Assembly (NCBI GenBank): GCA_032718475.1
Contig: JAUCBJ010006144.1
Location: forward strand, 1-36,461
DNA length: 36,461 nucleotides
Direction of reading: 5' to 3'
Source of the DNA: Nemertoderma westbladi
Lineage: Eukaryota > Animalia > Xenacoelomorpha
Under the pieces are notes generated by a model. That model did not search any database. It saw nothing but the letters and a program-made list of their open reading frames with translations, and was not told where the DNA came from. Shown here piece by piece: positions 1-12,126 of this stretch. The translations under genes and the position numbers were made by a program. Each line of letters begins with the position of its first letter. Within the stretch, counting starts at the first letter, position 1.

Positions 1-104
1 GAGAATAGGAAGATTACTCGATTCTTCTGCTGTTCGCAGGGGTTTAGCAGTGGTTGGCGGACCTTAGTGGGAAGACTACCAAATAAATTTAGACCGGTAG
101 TTGA

Positions 105-880
105 GACCGCATTTAGAACATCTCGACTTATTAGACCTTCGAACCCCTGGATATCAGTGCACCCAGCGAAGAATTTCTAGACTTTCGAGATCCGAAGTGA
201 GAACATGTGTGGATTCGGTTTTTACACTCAGTGTGCTTCCAGTATCGACTAATGTGGTAATTTCATCCTGAACTCCCGCGATGGATGCGTCCTGTCCATT
301 ATATCAGTACCCGCTCCTCTACCACAACTTGCACCACGAATCCCCGCAGCTCCATAATGCTCCCATTCTGTACCCCCAGTGCACCCATGGGTTATATTGA
401 AAGTTCAGACAACATTCTATGCAATTTGTCGCTGCCTATATCTCCAGCCATCTCCTTCGTTCAGAAAGGACACTGTAGGGCAGCCCGTTGGTAAACTGGA
501 CAGCCATTAAGTCTGCTGCACATGCACTTTCTGTGTCATCTGTCACAAACGCCAATAAATCTACACAAATCAGCAAGAAAGGTGTCCGCTGTTTCGTCTC
601 CTAGCAACACCCGATTTTTTAATTTTTCGAAAGCTGTGTATGGTGAATCGGTGAATGCTTTCCACAACCGTTTTAGACAATTTGGAAATCTTTCTTTGAG
701 GCATCATCTAGCTGCGCAATAACATCGTGTGCCGCCCCTTTAAGGCTCAGTCTCAGATATGGACCCTACTCTCCCAGGTAAGTTTAGACTCCTCTTTCAG
801 GATATCGAAAGTGTCATTGAAAGTGGGAATCCAACTGCACGGATCCGTTGTTCTTCTTCTTTACAAACATAGTCTGACAG
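105..880 (-). mobile_element. Degraded Ty3/Gypsy LTR retrotransposon gag-protease relic
   Basis: Manual minus-strand translation gives gag-like LRLSLKGAAHDVY...KAFTDSPYTAFEKLKNRVLLGDETADTFLADLCRF (about 560-760), the retropepsin motif LVDTGS (252-235) and a distal GLISRDVL (ILGRD-like, about 137-114). Stops and frameshifts are present. Ends are approximate. Confidence 0.7.
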
Positions 881-900
881 TTTCGGTGCCATTCACCAAG

Positions 901-1164
901 AGTCACCAAGAATTAATCGGAAACTTAAGGTCCGATTATTTAGAGCTGCAGTAGTTCCAGTACTCCTCTATGGGAGTGAATAAGCATGGTGGACACCCCA
1001 TGACTTTCTTGAGACGCATCTTAAAGGACACTGGCCTTGAAGATGCGGATGATCTAGCAAATGTCATGGGTGATAGGGAGTTGTGGTGGCGCAATTTTGT
1101 CGACAAGCCGGCACAGCATTCTTAAAAATACAGCTGCAATGCAGCATGCCGATCCTAGTAGTAG
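901..1164 (+). mobile_element. RTE-like LINE family A, 3' fragment with internal deletion
   Basis: Near-identical to 34067-34143 joined to 34393-34579. Ends in GCCGATCC-(TAG)n tail. Confidence 0.9.
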
Positions 1165-1883
1165 CAATTTCATAACATATTAGTCATCAATTTTCTCAAT
1201 TAGGAAGCCGCATTAAAGCAAATATTTTAAGTAGGCCGCAATAAAGTAACTATCAGTAGACCTATTTAAGTAAAAAATTATTCTAGCCAATCCGGAAGTA
1301 AACGTTTTATTGGTATTCAAATGGAGGGAATTTTAAAATGGTTAAATAAATAATATAATATTGCTAATTTTAAAATGATGTGCCATTATAAAATCACTGT
1401 AACTCGGTGCAACACGACCATATTCGGTGAATTTTTCAATGTTTCATTGGGAAATGACAATTGCGCTGTACTCAATATATTTTTAACCGGTTCAGTTTTT
1501 GAACTATACTGTAAGAGTATAAGTGCCGGAAATTACCAATTTTGGCTACGTAATCCATATTTGTCCTCAAAATTGACCAGATTCGGCGAACTCTTGAAAA
1601 TTTTGTAATATTGGTTAGTAGAACCAATCATTGGTTCTACTAACATGTTCTATAGATGACCAAAGATACAAAAAATATAATTCATAGGAAGTTGTTTTAT
1701 TATTGATGTAATTTTTTGCGGAAAAATTCGATAAATTACAGCTCGGACTTTCAAAATGTACAGTAATTTGACGGACATTTTTAAATCGTCTTGTCATAAC
1801 TAAACACTGGGTTGAGATTGAAAATAGAGTGCATATTCGGATTCAGCAAACCAAAATATACCTATATACAGTACACCATGCCC

Positions 1884-2273
1884 TGTCGTTATTCTGGTAC
1901 ATACCCAACCCCCCCCCCCCCCCCAAATTTGTCTACAATTCTTAATGAGATTGCATGAAATTTGAAAACAGAGATAGTTTCACCTCCCTCCTCCTTGCTG
2001 GGTGAGCCAGAATTTATATTTTTGCTATCAATCTTTAGCTACAAGCTTTTGAAAAAGGTGTCGCCGGTGATATTTCACCAGTTACACCGCAGTTATTCTT
2101 CAACCTTATAGTGATTTGTTGGTACCAATAAAAATAAGAATGAAAGCAAAAATAACCTACCCTGGAGGAGTTGAGTGAAACTATCTCTGTTTCAAATTTC
2201 ATGCAATCTCATTAAGATTTGTAGAAACATTTATGGGGGGGGGGGGGGTGGTCTAGGTACCTGAATAACGACA
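1884..2273. mobile_element. Fold-back MITE with about 115-bp imperfect inverted arms
   Basis: TGTCGTTATTC..poly-C..TCTTAATGAGATTGCATGAAATTTGAAA(A)CAGAGATAGTTTCAC at about 1884-1995 is mirrored at about 2163-2273. No TSD resolved. Confidence 0.7.
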
Positions 2274-2684
2274 CTATATTCCAGGTCATGTTGTAGTACA
2301 TTTCTAGTAAACTGAGGCTAAAATTAAAAATTGAAAAACTTTCCAAAATACTTTAACTTGTTCAAATTTTAACGAAATCTGGTACAGATTTGCCCAAAGG
2401 AGTTCTAAGAAACTAATTTGAAAGAATTACCGAAAAATGCGAAAAATGTCGAAATGTTGCATTTTTAGTGCCCGTTTTTGGGATAAATTTCCAGATATTA
2501 CAGATTTCTATCTACTGTGGACCTCTACCATTTCTGTTTTTCTGAATGGATTTTAATAATATATGTTGCATTAGATGCGCAGAATTCTCAGCTTTACACA
2601 TGAATATACAGTAATATTACAGTATATAGTAGGCTATCTCTATCACATGAAGACATATTTAATCTATCTTCATGTTTGTGCGCC

Positions 2685-2753
2685 CAGAGAGGATAGTGTC
2701 ACTGTGTGAAACATATTTTCACATCAATGTGAAAAGTGGCACTATCCTCTCTG
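2685..2753. repeat. 69-bp palindromic mini-element
   Basis: Arms CAGAGAGGATAGTGTCACT / AGTGGCACTATCCTCTCTG match at 18 of 19 positions. There is also an internal TTTTCACA..TGTGAAAA palindrome. Confidence 0.7.
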
Positions 2754-3125
2754 CCCCCCCCCCCCCCCCACCAAACCCATCCCATACAATTCATGCTCAG
2801 GTTTCAGATTGCTTCCAGCCTTTTCAATTGAGGGAGAGGAACCGGTTATAGAGGAATGCTATTCTAACTAAAACAATAAACGATACAAATTATCCCGGTT
2901 CACACAATGTGTGATATTTAAACAATCAGAAGAGGGTGAATGTTGGTCTGAGTCATGGGGGTGCGTGGCTTTGCAAATTGAGTCAGGTTCATATTTTATA
3001 TTTTCTAATCGATGGTTGGCAAAGGCTATTCTTCAGTCAAGCAATACTGGCCCTGGATCGCTCTCTAGGAATTAATAAAATGTTTTCAGCAATGTTGATC
3101 GATGATTGGTATTGTCTGAGTGATT

Positions 3126-3765
3126 AGGTGAGGACATTCGAATACGTAAGGGAAAGGCATTGACAGCCTTGAATGGGTTTTCCAGGATTTGGAAGTCAAC
3201 GAGAATTAATCGGAAACTTAAGGTCCGATTATTTAGAGCAGCAGTAGTTCCAGTACTCCTCTATGGGAGTCCATGCTGGGCTCTAACTGCTGAGGATATC
3301 AAATCTCCGGATGGCATATTCACAAGAATGCTACGCTGGGTTCAGTGTGTCATGTACAATGCACACACCTCCAACCAGACACTATATAACATTGTAGGTG
3401 TCTCATTGGTTCCCCCAAGCTTGATACTATAACGAAGCCGCCCCCGTGAGTACCGATTGTTTTCGCCGTGAGGACCAGCCAGTGCACAATCTTGATCTTT
3501 GGCAGCCCCATAGAGAAAATAAGCATGGTGGACAGCCCATGACTTTTGTGAGACGCCTCCTGAAGGACACTGACCTTAAAGATGCAGATGATCGCGAAAG
3601 TCATGGAGGACAGGGAGTTTTGGCGTGAAACTTTGTTGATAAGCCAGCCCCGGCATAGCATTCATAATGCATGCTGCACCTGACAAAATGTTTTTGTTAA
3701 GCTGGCATAGCATCTCAATGTGCAGTTTCAATAAAGCAGGCCGATTATAGTAGTAGTGGTAGTAT
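3126..3765 (+). mobile_element. RTE-like LINE family A, diverged 5'-truncated copy
   Basis: ORFs 3160-3432 and 3446-3628 match ORFs 33880-34347 and 34184-34540 (RINRKLKVRLFRAAVVPVLLYGSPCW; CFRREDQPVHNL). (TAG)n tail at about 3748-3765. Confidence 0.9.
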
Positions 3766-3870
3766 TGTCTTATAATACTAATTAGGCTCTCCCAAGTAAG
3801 CAAGTGGTATGGTCGGTTGAAAAAAATGTTGATCATCGATAGCCCAATAATGGGATATTTGGTGTACAGG

Positions 3871-3960
3871 TATTGTGGTGAGACATGGTAACTGACCCAA
3901 GCACTGGAAGAACGAATTAATGGTTGATACAGAATATTATTAAAGGCAGCCCTAAATATT
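3871..3960 (+). mobile_element. Old RTE-like LINE fragment related to family B
   Basis: Translates YCGETW*LTQALEERING*YRILLKAALNI, versus YGGETWTLTKSLEQRIDGCYTRILRAALNI in ORF 23816-24280. Confidence 0.65.
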
Positions 3961-4199
3961 GTCCCTCTTGTTAAGGGGGAATATTTTGGACACACTATCC
4001 AACACCTTTTTGATGCGTTAGGCAGCACCAGGACGGGACTGCCATCTATTAAGTTGATATGAGTCTCACAATGACAACAATTCTCATTCACCAATTACCA
4101 TTTCTTCCAGTTCTAAACTTACTGAAAAGTGGGTGTAAAGTTCTTCATGCTGTACTATAGAGTTTTTCTGTTTTTTTGTTAAAATTGCCAAGGCTTTAG

Positions 4200-5472
4200 A
4201 GACACCTCCTAATTCCGATTATGGTTATTGGATGTTTGTTTACTTTTAGATGAGGGGTCTAAACATACTTATATTGTTAATGATATGTAGCTGTTGACCT
4301 CCAACTTCCTCCTTTGCAGTATCAGCAGCTCAACACTGGTTCTTATGTAGATGTTGTACATTCCAAAAACTCAGCTCAGATCACCTTCCATCTACATAGT
4401 AACTTCTCTCCACAACCAATTCAGTTATTTGATTGGACTACACCAAGCCTGTGTCCTGAAATGCGCCAAGAGTTTCCTCCCAATCCTCTGAATTTATGTG
4501 GATTGGAGAATTGGGCTGATGATTTTGATGGTGGAAGCCGTCAAATCATTCTTATAATTGGAGCTGACCAACTCTCGCAAATGTTTGCAACCTGGGTAGG
4601 GTATACCACATCCATGTGAGACATTTTTTTGGTTTTGTGTTGTATGGTCTCCTAAATTCACCTTCTATTCCTTCCCCCTCACCAAGTTTAATTATTTCTG
4701 AGATGCATGATGTCTCCAGAATATGGGACCTTGAGACAATTGGCATTAACAACCCATTTGAACCCAATACTTTTGGTGGTCTATCTGTCAGGAGGAGTGT
4801 GGATGACCCTAGTCGATACTGTGTTCAGTTAACATTCAAATGTGAAGCTAGACCTCCACATAATTATTCCTTGGTACCTAAGCAACCACAGATTTGGAAG
4901 ATAATACTGTTAACTGGATAATCATGGCAGTTTCGAAGAGTTCCATTTGGTTTAACTTCCAGTCCTCACCACCTATACTAACACTCCAACATCATTTTAT
5001 ATGTTTTCACTTTTTCCGACCTTGCAATAATGCACGAATTGCTTAAATAAACGCCTTAAATAGAAGGGCTTTCTCTTTTTTTCCACTTCTGAATAAACCC
5101 ATAATATTACACCTTGAATTGCTTAATGCATTATTCTGTGATCATTTTATTGATAGTACTGACAGTCCTGAAATTTCCAATTATAAAATGAAATATGCAA
5201 TTGAATGGTTCTCCTTGGCTGATATGGTTCTTAAACCTACTGAAAATCATACTAAACTTTTAGGGTTTCCTTGGAATTCCACCTTAGATTCAATGCATGT
5301 TGTCCTAATCGTCCTTTCCTCCCCTTCGATATATACCCGTCGTCAATTGCTACAATGTATTGCTATGGTGTTTGAGCCATTATGAGTATTATGTACATGA
5401 ACTACAAATTCCACAAATGCTTATGCGAAGGTCATTTCAGATGAGCGATTGATGGGATGATGAACTTCCTCC
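4200..5472 (+). mobile_element. Degraded BEL/Pao LTR retrotransposon pol relic
   Basis: BEL/Pao-type motifs in the expected order: LLDEGSKHTY (protease, 4243), LIIGAD, FGFVLYG, IWDLETIGI, WQFRRVPFGLTSSP (about 4925-4966), KLLGFPWN, TRRQLLQCIAMVFEPL, and a W/DDELP-like motif. Multiple stops and deletions. Confidence 0.8.
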
Positions 5473-5474
5473 TA

Positions 5475-5760
5475 ATATCCTGGCATCCTGAAAAAATCAG
5501 GATCAGCAGCTAGAAGCGAGTCGGAAGAATTTCCATTGTCCGTTGGTCCAAAGAGATTAAAAAAAGATGAATCAAGCAGCTCTAAGTCAATATTATTTGG
5601 TAAGTGGCAGTCAGAAAGGGAGAGTTTATATTCAACCTTGTCAGTAATCCATAAAAAAGGGAGCGTCAATTCTATGGAGTTGAAACATATCCAATTGGTT
5701 AGTGATTTAAAATAATTATGGTCTGATTTTTTAACACCAGAGATACAGGTCAGATGAAAT
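5475..5760 (-). mobile_element. Probable Crack/Daphne (CR1-group) LINE ORF2 N-terminal fragment
   Basis: Minus strand reads HLTCISG...NWICFNSIELTLPFLWI...FNLF...DPDFF. From recall, this resembles the HxxC/WxC-LPF-FNPF-DPD segment that precedes the endonuclease in these clades. No database check was possible. Confidence 0.4.
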
Positions 5761-6248
5761 ACCTCGTAATAATGGGAAAATCGAATATTATGTTTTGATT
5801 GTATGTGTAATTGTAATGTAATGTAATGAATGTATAATTGAGTGTAATGTGTAATTGATTTTTTTGCAAATGTGACAGGGGATTGTTGGCATTGGAAATG
5901 ATAATCTTAAGTACGATTTAAGACTACAGCCTAATACCTAACTAATACTGTAATTATAATAACACTGAGACCCGATATACCGATGTAGCCCGACCCGACG
6001 GAGAAACCCTAGCTATCTATTGATTATATTCTACCATAACTAACTAATGCAGACGTGATTAAGAAATACATAGATCAGTTGGGTAGATGTGTGAGTCGAG
6101 GATATGAGGAAGTAGCAGTTATGTAGTCAGCCTTATAGTGATTACTAAATTAAGTGACAACTAGCGATATAAGCGACTTATAAGAATATATAGATGGTTT
6201 TCTATAATATCATAATACATAAAATACAATCAGCAAACTTGACGCCAT

Positions 6249-9200
6249 GATTATAATAATAATAATAATAAAATAAATTTGTATAGCGCCAAATTTACAA
6301 TAATTAAACAGTACGCTAAGGCGCTTAAGTCACTATCTAGAGATATTGGTACATAGCGATAAAGTACGATAAACGAATATAAGAAACTCAATTAATGCAC
6401 CAAATACAGACAAATTAGTGATAAAGTAAAATATTTAGGATATTAAAACGGACAAGTAAGCGATATGTAAAATATATGATAAATATATGTCATAAAAAAT
6501 ATGTAAAATATTTACAAATTGATACAATTACAAATACTTAAATTAATTACTACAAATTGACAATGCAGTTTGTAATTTTATTGCGTGGCGAAAAGTATCA
6601 AAATAGACAAATTCGTGATCAAGAATATGTAAAATATTTAGAGCATTAAAACCGGCAAATTTTGATAACGTTACACAATTTGGGCATTAAAAAACAGGCA
6701 GATATGTGACACGACAACGATCAACATAAAGTTCAGTAATACAATTACGAATACTTCAATAAATAAAACGGTTCAATCAACAGTTCAGTTCAAATTTTCA
6801 ATATAAGTAAAATTAATTAGAGCTTGTTAAAATACATGGTTAAAAGAAAAAAGTTTGTACGATATACAATGCAGTATACATACCAACATTATTAGAGCAT
6901 TAAAAGACAGTTCAATGAAGCAAATTAGATAATATAATTAAATTAAATACTAGAGGTATTCGAAACTAATTATGCGTATGCCATGGAGAAAAGGTATGTT
7001 TTGAGTCGTCGCTTGAAGGTCGGTGTATCGGAAATCGAACGGATATCTGTGGGGAGTTTATTCCAGAGTCTGGGGGCGGCTATGGGGAAGGCCCGACGGC
7101 CCAAAGTTTGGCAGTTAAAACGCGGTTCGACGAGCGAGAGTGAAGTGCACCTTCGGGTTGTGTGGTTTGCGTAGGTCACCGGGGTTAGCATTTCGCGGAT
7201 GTACTGTGGTGCTCGTTGCGATCGGGACTTGTGAACGAGGAGAAGTAATTTGAATTCGATGCGTTTCCGAACTGGTAGCCAATGTAATTGCTTGAGACTC
7301 GGAGTGATGTGATCGTATTTGTGAACCTTGGTTAGTAGACGTGCAGCCGAGTTTTGTACGCGTTGCAACTTTGCAAGTTGGTAGCCAGGTACACCGTAGA
7401 GAAGACCGTTACAGTAATCGATACGGCTTGATATGAGCGAGTGTATGATGGTTTCTGCAGACTTCTGGTCGAGAAAGTTAGCGATGCGTCGAATATTGTG
7501 GAGGTGGAAGAAGGCTGCGCTACAAGTTTTTGTTATGAACTTGCTCATGGTTAGACCAGGATCGAGCCATGCACCAAGGTTCTTCACCGATTTTGCTGGA
7601 TATATTTCAAAGTCCCCAACACGAATAGACTTAGTAGTTAGTTTAGATAATTGTTGCGGGGTTCCTAATATTATAAACTCGGTTTTGTCATCGTTTATTT
7701 TTAGTTTATTTTCGATGAACCATTCGCGCAAATCTGCGATGCAATTTTCTAGAGCTTTTAGTGCATCGGCTTCATCGGATTCGTTAGTTGGCTGAAATGC
7801 GTGGTAGGTTTGTTTATCATCTGCATATCCATGTAAAGCAATCGGTAAGTGTCGCTCGATGATTTTAAATAGCCCTCTGCCAAAGTTCCCAAAGTAGTGA
7901 CATGATGAGCAAGCTCCCTGGGGAAAACCATATTCTAGTAAGTGATCCTTAGAGTTCGAACCCAATGTTGTTACGTGTTGATGACGTCCTCGGAGAAACG
8001 ATGAAAACCAACGGAGACAGGTGCCACAAATTCCCAGGTCCGACTCGAATACGTTCAATAGCCGATCGTGGTCTACAGTGTCGAAGGCGGCACTTAGATC
8101 TAGTAGCACTAGAAATGTCACCTTCTTGTTGTCCATGTTGATAAGGATATCGGATTGAACTTTAATTAAGGCTGTTTCGGTACTGTGGAATCGTCGATAT
8201 CCCGATTCAGTGCATGGTAAAGGATGGTGTTCATCAATGTATGGTAGGAATTGTGACATTACTAGGGCTCGATCGGAGCTCCGGCCTCCGGCTCCGGCCA
8301 TTTTGGCACCTCCGGCTCCTGCTCCGGCTCCGGTAAAAATATTGCCGGAGTTAATTTTTTAATAAAGTATTATATTTCGTGCATATTCTAATCTGAACAA
8401 TTATTTAACACTATAAGTACTGTAGTACAGCTTCAATATCAAGCAGTCAAGTATAATCTGATAATACTGCAGTAAGGCAGTATTCACTTAAAGTCAATGA
8501 CTGACTGACTGTACTGCAGTACTGGTACTGGCCAGCTGGCTGACTAGCAGACTATTACAGATAGGCCCTACTTTAAAAAATTGTAAATGCTATGATTGTA
8601 ACACTGTCAGACTGTACCACTGCAGCCATTTACCAGTTTACTGCTGTCATGCCAGCATACTGTACTGCAGTACTGGTACACGTACTGCAGTACTGGTACA
8701 CGTACGGTAGGCTACCTACAGTACACACCTCTACCACAGTTAGACAGTTAGCGAGGTAGGTACTGTAGGTAATTTTTAGCCGTCAGCGTCAGGCCGTCGC
8801 CGTCAGCATCAGGCCGTCGCCGTCAGGCCGTCTGGCCATGATAAATTAATTACTTAAATTTTAAATTGAAAATTCGTAAATCTATAAATTATGAAATTAA
8901 TTAGACCTACAGTATCATTGATTATGAGCGATTGGCGAACGATAACCATACTTTATTTTTTTTAAATAAATAATTAAATTTTTAAAATTTTTGAAAAACT
9001 CCTGCTCCGGCTCCGGCCAAATTGTCCAACTCCGGCTCCGCCCGCTCCGGCCAAATCCCAACTCCGATCGAGCCCTAGACATTACTGCTCGCTCTGCAAT
9101 TTTTGATACAAATGGTAAACCACTTACAGGTCGAAAATTGGATTTTATAATCGAGTTCAAATTAGTTTTCTTTAAAGTCGGCGTGACTGTTGCCGTTTTC

Positions 9201-9447
9201 CAAACGTCAGGGACGTTACCGCTCTGCAGAGAGTTGTTTGTCATAATACTGATTGGTATACAAAGACTCGAGATGCACTGTTTTACGATACTGGTTGGCA
9301 ATGGGTCCTGAGGACATTGCTTGTTGGGTGCTGATGATATTAGTCGTCCCACTTCGGAGGTAGGCAATACAGTGAATTGGGAAAGCGTTGCAGTTCTTGT
9401 GTGGTCACTAGAGATTTGATGAGATTTACATTGCATAGGATCCGTTC
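6249..9447 (-). mobile_element. L2-clade LINE (RT, C-terminus and about 0.7-kb 3' UTR; 5' end missing), split by a MITE
   Basis: ORFs 8915-9436 and 6970-8301 join as ..KIAERAVMSQFLPY.. once the MITE is removed. Motifs: HSTETAL, LLDLSAAFDTVDH, PQG, YADD, KNLG, HITPSLKQLHWLPV. The 3' end reads AAGCGCCTTAG...GGCGCTATACAAAT-(TAT)n at about 6330-6249. Confidence 0.92.
8263..9077. mobile_element. Complete 815-bp hAT-type MITE (copy 1)
   Basis: Perfect 16-bp TIR TAGGGCTCGATCGGAG, 8-bp TSD GACATTAC (8255-8262 and 9078-9085), and subterminal CTCCGG repeats. Confidence 0.95.
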
Positions 9448-10003
9448 CTGGCCAGCTGGCTGACTAGCAGACTATTACAGATAGGCCTTACTGTCTGACT
9501 GTAAAAAATTGTAAATGCTATGATTGTACACTGTACCACTGCAGCCATTTACTGCTGTCATGCCAGCATACTGTACCTGTGTACTGCAGACTGCAATACT
9601 GGCAGACTGGTACACGTACTGACGTACGGTAGGCTACATACAGTACACACCTCTACCACAATTAGACAGTTAGTGAGTTAGGTACTGTACACTGTAGGTA
9701 ATTCTGTAATTTTTAGCCGTCAGCGTCAGGCCGTCTGTCCGTGATAAATTAATTACTTAAATTTTAAATTGAAAATTCGTAAATCTATAAACAGATAAAT
9801 TACTGAATTATGAAATTAATTAGACCTACAGTATTATGATTGATTATAGGCGATTGGCGAACGATATCCATACTTTATTTATTTTTTAATAAATAATTAA
9901 ATTTTTAAAATTTTTGAAAAACTCCGGCTCCGGCTCCGGCCAAATTGTCCAACTCCGGCTCCTGCTCCGGCTCCGGCCAAATCCCAACTCCGATCGAGCC
10001 CTA
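9448..10003. mobile_element. hAT-type MITE copy 2 (left end missing)
   Basis: Collinear with about 8528-9077. Right TIR CTCCGATCGAGCCCTA is intact and followed directly by RTE family B sequence. Confidence 0.92.
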
Positions 10004-10426
10004 GTAGCAACCATCAATTCGTCAGTCGGTGAGAAGTCAAAAATTGGACTTGAGTCCAAAATTGGACTTCGACTCCAGTTCAAGTCCAAAATTGGACTTC
10101 TGTGAGTCCAATATTGGACTTCAAATCAGCCAATTGTTCCAGGGCCTTGGGTAATTGGATCGGGCGGGATTTTTTTTTTTTAATCGAAAATATATCAAAA
10201 AATAAGAGTTTTGAACAGGGGGACCTGAAATTCACCAGGGGGAACTTTTTTTATAAGGCTTTAAATTTTTACAAAAGTCCAATATTGGACTTTAAGTCCA
10301 ATTTTGGACGTGACATTGAGAATCAAACTTAAAGGTACATGAAGCATGACATATGAGAGACAGCCAGACAGCTATTAAGTTATGGAAAGTTACCTTTGCA
10401 TAACAATCATAACAAACATAACTGTT

Positions 10427-10708
10427 CCACCTTGGTGTAGTGGTTGCATTGTGCATTGAATTCACATCTCCCGTAGGTCGTGGGTTCGATCCTCACATGG
10501 GCCAGGGCAGTTTTCGTTTCGGCACGAATGCTTTAAAGAGACCAGCCAGGGCTCATCTCTGCCTTGCATCCTTAAGTGGTAGCTAAATGAGTACTGGAGT
10601 TTCCTCTGGGGAGTAAAGTTCTGGGGGAACCGCACTGGAAATAAGTCGTCAGACTTTGTGCGTAATCCCTGGCCTAGCGGCCGAAGAAAATTTACTTACT
10701 TTTACTTT
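10427..10708 (+). mobile_element. tRNA-derived SINE with Nin/Deu-like central domain
   Basis: A box TGGTGTAGTGG (10433), B box GGTTCGATCC (10483), central CTCTGCCTTGCATCCTTAAGTGGTAGCTAAATGAGTAC resembling the Nin/Deu core, and a (TTTAC)n-like tail at 10691-10708. Confidence 0.75.
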
Positions 10709-11380
10709 GCAGCTCTGTATGTATCTTCAGTGTACTGTACTTAGAATATAATGGTACATTCTAGCATTCGCATTCTAGGTAGGGCCTACTTTGTATTTTA
10801 CTTGTAGCATATTGCAGTATTGTTTAGTTTACAATTTACATTCATGTTATGTCTAACCTTACAGCCTTATGTACCCAGGACTTTAGAGTCTTTAGCTGTT
10901 TAGGACTAGATTAGATTATGCTCCAACAAATATTTAATTACAGAATTACAAATTATATTTGGTGGAAACTCAAACTGGTAGCAATGCCAGGTTTGCCAAC
11001 TGCAGCCGCTGCTAACTGGCTAAGACTAACTACAGTACAAGCTACGATTTCGTCTAAGCCTATGCCCTATGGGAGCCCTATCAGAAAGAAATACCACAAG
11101 TTGATGCTACCACCATCTCTTCTAATTTTTCCATACAACAGGAAGGGTATTTTTAAACGGCTGGATAATGAAAGGGGATTAGTAACTGATTAACGTGTTG
11201 GGGTCTCCACAGTCCACATAATAAGTACAGAAGTAAGAAGTAACACACATCATACTGTCATAATCATAAACCAATTGAGGGAAAGGAACAGGTTACAGAG
11301 GCAGGCAGGCTTTTCTAACTAAAACAATAAACGGCCACTTTTGACTTTACCAATTGAAGGAGCCCTATCACCTCACCACA

Positions 11381-11799
11381 TACTACTACTACAATCGGCA
11401 TGCTGTATTGCAGCTGCATTATATATAAAGACCCTATTAAGAATGCTGTGCCGGCTTGTAGACAAAAGTGCGCCTCCACAACTCCCTTACACTCTTACAG
11501 ACTTATCACCCATGACATTTGCTAGATCATCTGCATCTTCAAGTCCAGTGTCCTTTAAGACAGTAAGAAAGATGCGTCTCAAGAAATTCATGGGCTGTCC
11601 ACAATGCTTATTCACTCCATGAGAGGTGCACTGGCTGGTCCTCACAGCTTAAAGCAATGTCCTGCAAAGCGGAGGCGGCTTTGTTCTAGTGTCAAGCTTG
11701 GGGGAACCAATGACTGAATGAGACACCTCCAACTCCAATGTTATATAGTGTCTGGTTGGAGATGCAGAGATGTGTGCATTGTACTTGACACAGTGAACC
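11381..11799 (-). mobile_element. RTE-like LINE family A, 3' fragment
   Basis: Reverse complement of about 34211-34580 with divergence and a deletion. The tail reads (TAC)n on the + strand at 11381-11392. Confidence 0.88.
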
Positions 11800-12126
11800 T
11801 AATCAAAACAATTAGTCAATAAACATTAACTCAATAACAGTTACAGTTTACAGTAGTCTTATTTTTGCCATACGAAAATACCACAGGTATGGGTATGTAT
11901 GAATGAAATATACAGCTATAACTCAACTACCGCTACCGCGGTATACACCACTAAGGTATACCGCGGTATACACCGCAAAGCCATACCACTACCGCAAAAA
12001 GTAACTACTGATGTCTGACTGTGCGTGTGCGATCCCTGCTTATAATACTGTACTTATAATAATTAATTTAATCATTAAAATAATGTTGCATTGTAATTAT
12101 GTAATATATATGTACTGATACGGGAT

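Noticed and set aside
1375-2640. Large non-autonomous DNA transposon around the fold-back MITE
   Set aside because: The sequence texture suggests one, but no termini or TSD could be identified.
6970-8301. Intact 443-aa RT gene with its own start
   Set aside because: The N-terminal residues come from the inserted MITE. The real frame continues beyond 9085, and the element lacks its endonuclease and 5' end.
10427-10505. tRNA gene
   Set aside because: A and B boxes are present, but there is no convincing cloverleaf or acceptor stem, and it continues into a SINE body and tail.
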